From positions 806,001-870,000 of the forward strand of contig VJWM01000107.1 of assembly GCA_010909165.1 (NCBI GenBank): DNA of 64,000 bases, written 5' to 3'. Below are positions 1-10,204 of this stretch, one piece after another. Both the position numbers and the translations under genes were made by a program. The DNA comes from Anthoceros angustus. Taxonomy: Eukaryota; Plantae; Anthocerotophyta. Every line of letters begins with the position of its first letter. Positions within the stretch are counted from its first letter, which is position 1. Under the pieces are notes generated by a model. That model was not told where the DNA came from. It ran no database searches and saw only the letters and a program-made list of their open reading frames with translations.

Positions 1-562
1 ATCGGGAGAGGACGGTGGTGGCCAAGCGGGATGGCTGCTGGAAGGTGGGCGGCGGGTGGAGGCGGGTGCCATGGATGGCGGGCGATGCGTTGGCACTCGG
101 TATGAGAGGTGCGACGGATGAGGATGGGGCTCACGAGCTACGTTTTCTTGTCGCTTTTTTGCTTGCTATCACCATGCAAGTATTGGTAGCAGTAGTAAGG
201 GCGGTGGCAGCCTGCAGCTTGTGGACCGAGACGGTGACCCGGACAAAGTTTATAGCTATAATTGGTGTGAGAAACCGAATAGTGATTTCTAAGAGTGAGT
301 GAGGCGGTCCAAGATACGCCATCCGCAAATGTCGTGGGAAGAGGAAAGGAGTTGGCTTACGCCTACAAACAAAAGGAGGGGCCAAAGGGTTGACAAATCG
401 GACGCCCGTGTCGTGGTTGCCAAAGTGGTTCGCCGAACTGGGTGCTGGACAATTGGTGTCCATGATGTGCGAGTGCACGCCACGAGAACCGCAGATGCCC
501 ATTGCCAATGCGAGATAACTTTATAAGGAATTGCCCACGCGGGCCCTGAGAGTATATGTAAC

Positions 563-3135
563 GATTCGATATGAATCCCAACTGGGAGGACATGCGGAGG
601 CAACGGGGTGCGCCGCCAGAACACCTCGGCCAACCACAAGGCGTGTGGCAATTGGAAATTTGGGAGCGATAAAGGCGGGAAGGCGGGGTGGAGGGGAGAA
701 GGTCACTGCTCGATCGCCAAGACCGCTGAGGAGAAGAGCATGGCGGGGTGGCGGGGAGCGAGGCGAGGGGACGCGCGGCGAGGAAGGTGGACCCTCCTCC
801 GTGGCGCCGGCGATGGCGGGCGACGGAGGAGGAGCGCCATGGCGGAGGGCATGGGGAGGCGCGGGGCCCTGGGCGCCGGCAGCGGAGGCGGCGGGCGATG
901 GCGAAGGGGGCGCGGCGGCAACGCCGGGGGAGGCGGGGGCACTGCCCCCATGCCGAGCATGGCACGGGGCGTGGGGAGGGCGCAGCAGAGGGAGGAGACG
1001 GGTGGAGGGCACGCCGGGCCGCCCTGCGCCTCCAGACGGGCAGTGGGGAGGCGCCCAGAGGCGAGGCGGGTGGAGGGCGCCATCCCGTGCCCAAGATCGG
1101 CAACGGGGGCGGCGCAGCAGAGGATAGAGGCGGGATGGAGGCACGCCGTCCCGTGCCACAGCGTCGGCAGCCGGAAGGCGGCGCGGCGAGGCGGGGAGAG
1201 TGGAAGGGCCGTCCATGGCCCCTCCTGCGGCGGGCCGTGGCTCAGGGGAGGCGGGGGACATCACCTTTCCTCCCCATCCCGGCGCAGAGCGCGGGGGCGC
1301 AGGGAGGAGGAGGGGAGGGGGAGTCTCCCTCTGGCCGACGCAGATCCGGGGGGGGCCCGCGGGGCGCGCGGGGAGGGCATCCCTCCTCCCCATGGGCGCC
1401 GCAGGCGGCGCAGGTGGAGGCACGCCTCCCCACCGCAACGCCATCGCCCGTGGGGGGCGCAGGAGGAGGGGAGGGGAGACAGGTGCCCTCCCCTGTGGCG
1501 ACGGGCAGGGGGGGCATGGGGTGAGGGCGCATGGAGGAGGAGGAGGGGGGATGGCACCGATCCCCATACGGCGCAGCGTGGCGGCGCAGGCGGAAGGCCA
1601 AGGGAGAAGGGAGTGACCTCCCCAACGCGCGGGCGGGCAGTCAGGGAGGGAGGCACCTCCCCATGGACAACGAGGCCCGGAGGCGACGGGAGAGGTGAGG
1701 TTGCCTCCCGCACAAGGCGGGGCGAGGCGGGCGGAGGAGGTGGGGAGCATGGCGCCGATGGAGAGGGGGAGATCCTTCGAGGAGGAAGCCAACCCGCGGG
1801 TGGAGGACGCCGACGAGGGGGGGCCGCCGAGGCCGAGGCCGAGGGGAGGATGGGGATGGGCCACGCCGCCGCCGCCCGAGCCGGAGGCCGAGCTCGCATG
1901 GCGGCAGATTCCGCGATATGAATCCCAACCCCGGGAGGAGGAGGCAACGGTGCCCACCAGACACCTCGCGCCACAAGTGCGTGGCAATGGAAATTTGGGA
2001 GCGATAAAGGCGGGAAGGGGCGGGGTGGAGGGGAGAAAGGTCACAAGGCTTGATCGGAAGACCGCGAGGAGAAGAGCACAAGGGGTGGCGGGGAGCGCGA
2101 GGGGCGGTGGGGACGGCAGGGGTGGAGGAGACTCCCGTGCGGCTGGGCGATGGCGCGGCGGCGGAGAGGAGCGCGGCGGAGGGCACTGCCCCCAAGGCGG
2201 CGCCGGGCAGGCGGAGTGTGGCGGCGAGGAAGGGGCGGCGGCACCGCCGGGAGGCGGGGGCATCGTCCCCATGCCGACGTGCGAGGGAGGCGGCAGAGGG
2301 AGGAGACGGTGAGGCCGTCGTCCGGCCCGGCAATGGGGGCACAGAGGCGAGGCGGACAGCCATCCCCCGCGCCACGCATCGGCAGCGAGGGGCGCCCAGC
2401 AGAGGATGAGGGGATGGAGCTCCCGTGCTCCCTGGGCCGGCCGGAAGGGGGCCACAGAGGGGCAGAGAGGGAGGCACCCGCCTCCGCCACAAGGGCGGGG
2501 CAAGGGAGGCGGGGGCACCTTTTCCTCCCCATCCCGCCGCCACGCAGCGGGGGGCCGCAGGAGGAGGAGGAGGGGACTGCCTCCCCACATGACGCATCCC
2601 CGGGGGGGGCACCCGCTGAGTGATCAGCGGGAGGCAGCCTCCCTCCCCATGCATCGCCATCTGGAAGGCTGCACCGCAGCAGCGGAGGGCATCTTGCTCC
2701 CCCACCAACGCCATCGCCAGCAGCGGGGCGCAGAGGAGGAGGGGGAGCAGGCCCTCCTCGCGCGACGTGGGTGGGGGCGGCGCAAGGAGGAGGAGGAGGG
2801 GATGGCACCTTCCCCCATGGCCAAGGCGCGGGGCGCGAGCAAGGCGAAGGAGGGACGGTGCCCCAACGCCTGGGGGGGGCGGCGCAGAGGGGAGGGCACC
2901 TTCCTCCCCATGGCGACGGGCCACGAGGCCCAGAGAGGAGGTGAGGTTGCCTCCCCACAAGCGGGGGCAGGGCGGCAGAGGCTCAGCGCCGATGGACAGA
3001 GGGAGATGGCCTCCTTGAGGAGGAAGCCAACGGGGAGGACGGGCGAGGGCCCGAGGCCGAGGAGGTGGAGAGGATGGGATGGTCGCCGACGCCGCCGGCC
3101 GGGAGGCCGAGCTCGCATGGCGGTGGCAGAGTATC
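563..3135. repeat. Degenerate GC-rich tandem duplication (two units of ~1.2-1.35 kb) with shorter internal repeats
   Basis: Anchor GATATGAATCCCAAC at ~568 and ~1916; GGAAATTTGGGAGCGATAAAGGCGGGAAGG at ~654 and ~1989; GCCGAGCTCGCATGGCGG at ~1887 and ~3106. The + strand is extremely G-rich and T-poor. Confidence 0.8.
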
Positions 3136-4877
3136 CGCCGCCATGCCCGACCCCGAGGTCGGCCATGGTGGCGGGAGGGCGATGCCGCCACGAGACCGAG
3201 GCCGACGGAGGGCCCGGCGATGGCGGGATGGAGGCGGGATGCGGAAGGCGTGGAGGCGGGAGGCGGCGCCGTAGGAGGAGGCGGGCGGGCGGGCGGGCGG
3301 TGGCGGCATCTCGACGTGGAGCGGAGGCTCGGGAGGCGCGCCATCCGGTTGAGGAAGGCGTGTATGGGAGGAATAACAGTTCCATCGGTGGCATCTCGAC
3401 GTGGAGCGGAAGCAGATTAGGCGGAGGCTCGGAGGTGGCTGGAGGGGAGGAGCGGAGGCTGCGCGAGCTCACGCGGTGGAGGACGATCCGCGGCACACGT
3501 GAGGAGGAGAGGAGGAGGAGGAGGAGGAGGAGGAGGAGGAGGTGGGAGCAAGTGCGGTGCGGTGGCGGGCGGAGGCCATGTCGGAAGAAGATGGAGAGCG
3601 GAGTGCGCCCAACCCCAACTCCGGAGGGCGAGCACAAGGGGAGGAAGCGCGATTACGAGGAGTCGGACACGGTCCGGCGGAAGCGCCAAGGCGGGGTGCC
3701 TCCGACGCCCAATGCCCGGACGCTCTGGAGGCGGACGCGCCAACCGGGATGAGAGCGATGAATCACGGAATGCTGACTGGCCGAGGCCATGGAGGGCACA
3801 ATTAAGGTTCTCCGGATGATCAAGCGCATGGAGGACGAGGGAAGTAGGCGTCATCCCTTGTCTTTGAGAGGTGCATCGCCAGGTTTTTGGTTTTGCATAG
3901 GGGTCAAGCATGCGCCGTAGGAAGGCCGCAGAGGAGATAGGGTTTGATGCTAGCCGCAATCATGTGTGCGTGGACATCCTTTTGATCAATGGAATGGCAC
4001 CCTTCACCGTGAAATTTGGCTCTTGCACGCAAAGATAAACATTCTTGGCGAGGTTGTTGGGTGAGGCGGAGGTGGTGGGTCGCCATCCCTCTTCCCGCTT
4101 CGAGCCGCATCGCTTCTTCTTGTTTGAAAGAGGATCGTGGCTCTCATTGTTTCCAAAGATCGCGGGTTCCTTAAGGAATACACGGTCCCAAAGTCCATAG
4201 TCAAGACGAGGAACGGCCTGCATGGTTCGCAAACCATGCCGCGCGTCAGGCCGTCATTACTCGCGATACCCATGCCGGCCCGGTAGGGTTTGTCAATCAA
4301 TGGAGCGGCCGCCAAGGCCACGTTAGGGTTTGGTGGCCATTGGATTCCCTCAAGAAAACTTAATGGCACAAGAAAAGTGGAAACATTCGAAAACATAGTG
4401 TCCCGTCTCTTTGTTTTCAAAGGTGAAAGCACGAAAATTTTCAAGGACACCCGCTTCGAGGACATTGTGTGTGTCCCTTTGGTGCTTGGCCGCTCTTGGT
4501 TAGGGCGCCAAAGCGCCATGTGGCCATGTGCTGTGAAAAAGAAACCGTGACTGGAATGTAGGGTATATTCCTCAAGATCCCCACGCCTTGCATGGGTTTC
4601 GCGAAAAAAAAAATGTCCCATCCCCTCTGTCCCCTTTGGTATGCCATAGGCCGGAAAGCAGGTATTGGAAGTATGTCTTATGGACACACCAAAAGTGTGA
4701 ATTTGGAGAAAGCTCCAAGTCAGATAATCAAATAACATTATCTTTCCATTTGCTGCATACGTGCAGCTGATGAATTGTATTATAAGCTAACTTAACTAGA
4801 ATTCTTTTTCTTCCGGTGCCTCATTGCACAAGACTTCCCACGATGCTTCTAATGAAGCTGTTATCGGGGATGAAAAT

Positions 4878-5171
4878 AGACAAGCAGCTCCGATGGAAGA
4901 GATTCTGCAAGGAGTTTTTAGACAAGCAGCTACAATGAAAGAGATGCTGCAAGGAATTTCGAGACAAACAGCTACATTGGAAGAGATGCTGCAAGGGATT
5001 TCTAGACAAGCAGCTACATCGGAAGAAACACTGCAATACATTTCTAGACAAGCAACTAGGATGGAAGAGATGCTGCAAGGGATTTTGAGACAAGCCGCTG
5101 CGTTGGGAGAGATGCTGCAAGGAATTTCTAGAGAAGCAGCTATGTTGGAAGAGATGCTGCAAGAAATTTAT
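4878..5171 (+). repeat. 42-bp minisatellite, 7 copies, open in frame (14-aa unit RQAATMEEMLQGIS)
   Basis: AGACAAGCAGCT...GAGATGCTGCAAGGAATTTC recurs at 4878, 4920 ... 5130 with exact 42-nt spacing; ORFs run through it on both strands. Confidence 0.9.
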
Positions 5172-6216
5172 AAACAAGTATGGGAGAGTAGCTGCAAGAA
5201 ATTTTGCATCTACCAGCCTTAACTCAACAAGAAGCATTTGAGGTGAGAACACACTGTTAACTCTGCCCATTGGGCAGTGAACTTGTATAAAAGTCCCATC
5301 TCAATTGCCTATGTTTCGATTTGTGTAGAGAAAGAAAACTATCAACACAGTTACTGGTACGTGTTTGAGAGTGACCGGAGAGGCTACGGAGACGACGCCG
5401 TCGGATACTTACCACCACAACCCTGAGACACTCCTGACAGGAGAATCACATCAAGAGTATCAAGCTACCCTACTGGAGGAAGGGAGGCCGCTGCTGAATG
5501 CTCATCCTGTAGAGAGTACATACTTTTTCAGCTCTTCGCATATCGTGTCCCGTCGATTGGCAGCATCTGATTAAATGATCGAGGTTGACTTTGTGAGTAA
5601 TTCGCTCTAGAACTGACTCTCGCATTGCATCAAGGCCAATTACCTGAAGTGAGACCTCCACACTTGTTACTTGCTTATCCAGACCATGGGAAACTAGGTT
5701 AGAAGCTGAGGTGGAGCTGGTGTTTTCATTCTTAGGCTCGTGCAATTTGTACCTATGACTCTATGATGTATTTATAAGACGAGCAGCCATCCACGACAGA
5801 AGCAGCACCACCATTACCAGCAGAAGCATTACCAGCAGAAACACTACCAGCAGAAGGACCTCTAGAAGGACCGCCAGAAGGATCATCAGACGCAGCACTA
5901 TGGAAAATATCGGACTCTGAACCAGCAGAAATACTAGCAGGACCTATTGAATAGACCCAAAAAGAAATAGACGACCAATAGAACTATTCCCAACACCACT
6001 TGGATCACCAATAGCCCACCAATATCAACCTCATCAACATTGACATCTGCAGCATCTGCAGATGATGACAAACAGCCAAAGCAAATTCAACGTCCTGATA
6101 AAAGTCCGTAGAAGATGTAGAGCACCTAGCCCGTGCATCCATGTGCAGGTGACCATCCTTGAGTTGGGAAGCTAGCCACGCGGAGTTGAACTGACAAAAG
6201 ATCAATTGACCCTGAC

Positions 6217-6698
6217 CATCCTTGAGTTGGGAAGCTTGCAAGTGAAGACTCTCGTCTGCCATGTCTGACTGAATCTCAGGAAATCTTAATCCAGACCTGG
6301 GTGCAAACCTCGTCCATAGAAATTTGGAAATATCGACGAAACTTTGTACGAGAAAATGCTTTGACGCAGAACCGGTGCATCCTTGAGTTGGGAAGCTTGC
6401 AAGTGAAGACTCTCGTCTACCATGTCTGACTGAATCTCAGGAACTCTTAATCCAGACCTGGGTGCAAACCTCGTCCATAGAAATTTGGAAATATCGACGA
6501 AACTTTGTAAGAGAAAATGCTTTGACGCAGAACCGGTGCATCCTTGAGTTGGGAAGCTTGCAAGTGAAGACTCTCGTCTACCATGTCTGACTGAATCTCA
6601 GGAACTCTTAATCCAGACCTGGGTGCAAACCTCGTCCATAGAAATTTGGAAATATCGACGAAACCTTGTAAGAGAAAATGCTTTGACGCAGAACCGGT
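6217..6698. repeat. 161-bp tandem repeat, 3 near-identical copies
   Basis: CATCCTTGAGTTGGGAAGCTTGCAAG... starts at 6217, 6378 and 6539; a partial copy lies at ~6154. Confidence 0.95.
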
Positions 6699-6707
6699 CC
6701 ATAATGG

Positions 6708-6822
6708 AAATTTGATTTCCCAACCAAATTCGATTTCTCAGACAAATTCGATTTCTCATTCAAATTCGATTTCTTAGCCAAATTCGATTTCTCATTCAAA
6801 TTCGATTCTCAGCCAAATTCTA
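6708..6822. repeat. 18-bp minisatellite (CAAATTCGATTTCTCANN), ~6 copies
   Basis: Directly visible repeated AAATTCGATTTCTC core. Confidence 0.9.
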
Positions 6823-9782
6823 TTCCCTATCTAACACCACTCTCAATCATTCCAAGTGATGAAACACACACCATTTACACCTCCAGCCTCTTTCGAAAGA
6901 TTCTTCGAAACCCAATTTGCTGTGATCCTATGGCTATTCTAGCCCAAGCGGTGCATTCCTTGGAGTCAGCACCTCCCTTTCTAAGTGGAGGAAGCTGATG
7001 AGGAAGCACAATATTTTGGGGCTCGTACATACTCCAAATCCAGTAAGACGTATGGTCCAATTGAAGCAATCTCTGGGAGGCTGGCCAGGATTCTTGGGAT
7101 ATACATATGCCACCCATGTCAGGGAGTGTCAGGCAGTGCAAAATGTATATCCAGTCAATCCAAATCAACGCGTCGGCAGTCGCCAGGTGTGCACCGGTGT
7201 CGGAAAGTCGGTGTAGCCCAGCCGCAAGATGGATGCTAGCTACTATGTGGTGCGGGCTTTACTTGACTCAGGGCCACCGTGGGGTCATACAGGCTCGGGC
7301 CGGGCACACGATGGCCTGTGCTTCGATCTCACCTCCCATCCGGGATGTTCGGTTGAGGCCTCGAGGCTTGGGCCAAATTGGTTGCTAACCTCCAACATCC
7401 CACCCGCTTGTGTGGGCAGCCGGTAATCTAATAATCTAGAGTCCTAGACCACTGCTGGCTGCCAGGTGCCAGAAGTCAGAAAGTCTCTCGTTGTGGCTTG
7501 CCCTTTTCTTTTCTTAGTTGTATGTCTCACATCATTGCTGGGCCCCCCCGCGTCCTGAATGTGCCTCTTGCGGGGAACATGCCGCTTGTTCACCGTTCCT
7601 GGTGTGATCACCCAGCTGCTGCGTCAAGCCAGCCCAGTGGCCTGTAGCCTGTCCTGTTGTCCTGCAAGTCTGGCCAACTGCTTCCCTGCTTTGGAACATG
7701 GGCAAGAAACAAGTACAGTACAGTCCAGAATTGGCCCCCAGTGTGCCACAGCGAACAGCTTCCCTCATCCCCTTCCTCATACCTCCAGCTCCTCCTCATC
7801 TCTGACACACTGGCTCTCGCTGTGCCGCTACTGTTGCTGTACATACATACTCCGCTCCATACGTGGAGAGGCTACACACGTCGTTTGCTGCAAATCAGTT
7901 TTTCTCCTCACATCCAGTATGTAGTAGAAGATTAGAAGGAGATACAGACTTGTCTCTACTTGTAACCTACTGCCATCATTCGCTCCCACCATGCCATTCC
8001 AGCTTGCTTGCCAACGAGCAACGAGGTCATCAGTGGCCGCAGCATCTAAAGGAGATTCACCTGTGCCCCAAACATAGCTCATCAGGTGCTTTTTGGCTAT
8101 GGTTAGATTCCTCTGTGGCCGACCCTTGGAATGCCCCCTTGGGAAAGCAATCTCCAAAGCACACTTGGATATGGGAAGCAGGTTTGAAGCCCCATCCGAT
8201 GGCGTCACGGTACCAGTTCCACGCCCCGTCCTCCCCGATGACAGAACATATTCGCTTGTCGGATAGGCTGGAACTCGCGCCCGCGGGCCACCAAGGTAGC
8301 AGGTCACTGCTGTGTATAACTCCTGTTACCTTTCCGTGTCCGCTTCCTGCTTTTACGACAAATGACAAGCTCCACACAGGCACAAACATTCCCGTGCTTC
8401 TGCCATCACGAGAAAGAAGAAAGAAAGACGAAGTAAACAAAACCCCGCCACCTGCATAGCGTATCCACTATCTCCACTTCTCCACCACCTCCTCATCACT
8501 CTGCTTCCGTCCTTGCATGGAAGTCACATGGTTCCCTGTGAGAGTCACTCTCATTGCAGTCCCGGAAGCCATAACCTGCCGTAGGCAAACAATCGACGTC
8601 TGTACTCCGGTTGCAGCCACACCCGTTCCCATGCCTTGCAAGGCTAAGGGATAAGAGCGGGGAAAGTACTACTGACGAGCACCCGCCACCAACTCCCTGT
8701 ACTCTCCCACACAAAGCAGCAACGCATCCACCACTACTGAATGCAATAAGCCTCTCTCCTCACTCCATAGCCGGGACCACCCGCAAAAGCGGCGCACTCC
8801 GGCCACCTGCCCGATGTCCTCCATGAATGCACCGCATTCGCTCGAATACGACAACAGATTCCCGACCCTGCTCTTCACATTGCTCCTCCAGTGCGCCATC
8901 AGCGCGCCATCGCGACGAGCTCCGCATTCCTCTTCTTTGCTTTTCTTTACCCCAAACCCTTGTGTGAAAACGGAAAGTTTATCCGGCTAAATCTTACTAC
9001 CCGGTTGCGGTATAATCGGTATGCGGCGACCCGTCGCGGACTCACAATTGCACCGAAGCGAGCAGGATCTGTGAGCGGGCATACGCGGGCTGCGTTCACA
9101 CGGCGGGCGGGTTGATGCGAGACGCGGCTCGGTGGCACGGTGACAATCGGTGGCGTCGTCAACGCCAATGCCAACGCGCTGGGACTGGCCGGCTGGGCTC
9201 GCGTGCCAGCGCCAGAAATTTACCAGCTTTGCTTTGTCTGTGTCTTTGCCTTGGCCTCTGCCTTGGACTTTCCCTTTGCCTGGCATTCCCTTGCTGTATT
9301 TGTGTCTCGTCTTCTTTTTTTTGCCTCTCATCTCCTCCGCTCTTCTCTTCTCCTCTCCTCTCCTCTTGTCTGCTCCGTTCCTTCCCTTTCCTTTCCTGCA
9401 ATCTCTGCTCGTGTGTTGTGCCCGGCTGCTGCTGATGCCTGGCCTGATCAGGCGCCATCTGCCCGATTTGGTCGCTGCCCTGACCGGCATGCCTATTTTC
9501 TGACCTGTCTGCTGCCTCCTGCCCCGCGGGCCTGCTCCAGCCGCTTCCGGCTCATTAGGGGCGCAGGGGAGGCAGGGGCAGATGAGAGGCCGCTGCGGCT
9601 GCCGCTGCCGCTGCCGTCTGTGGAGGAGCAGGCGGCCTAAGGCGGGGATGGCCCTGGCGGGGGGAGCTGCGTGGAGGTGTATGGATGTGGGCCAGAATTC
9701 CTCGGGGAGAATGCGTCTGTGTGTGCTGCTCTGCTTCGGAGATGCCGTGGTGGTGACGCAGCGGGCACGGGCACGGGCAGAG

Positions 9783-9813
<31 letters not shown>

Positions 9814-10204
9814 AGGGAGGGGAGGAAGAGGGTGGGTGTGGCTACGGCAGATGGGATTTGGTGAAGCGTAGGTGGTGCCGGAAGGGAGGGAGAGGGAGGA
9901 GGCGGGGCGTGGAATTGAGCTAGGGGCAGGATTTGTGGAGGGGCGCCCGTTTAGGCTGCTCGGTGGCGGTGGTGGAGTGGGGAAGCCTAGGGGGAAGGAG
10001 TTGACATTGAAGACATTGAGAAGGAGCTGGAGGCTGGTATCTGGATGGACGTGCTCTGCTGGACTGTGCCTCGCGAACGGTGTTGCGCTGCCAGATCTCG
10101 CTCTCTCGCTTCCCCTTCTCGTAGATCGTTGCAGTTGCAGGGGCCTCCGGTCTTGTGCTGTGTGATGTGGGGTTTGCGCACTCTGAGCCATCTCATGATT
10201 GGAG

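Noticed and set aside
363-3819. Many long overlapping ORFs (up to 689 aa)
   Set aside because: Products are low-complexity G/R/P/A strings in all six frames, explained by GC-rich, T-poor repeat DNA lacking stop codons.
4200-4560. Possible Ulp1-like protease relic (..LDSLKK.., ..CGH..); a similar hint at 55713-55895 (IQVHDS)
   Set aside because: The motif resemblance is too short and frameshifted to support without a profile search.
6217-6698. Possible CRISPR-like array (also considered for the 168-bp and 42-bp arrays)
   Set aside because: Units repeat along their full length with no unique spacers; eukaryotic context; no cas genes.
7500-8900. Possible spliced minus-strand gene starting MAHWRSNVKSRVG
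   Set aside because: Could not build a consistent exon chain or recognise any domain.
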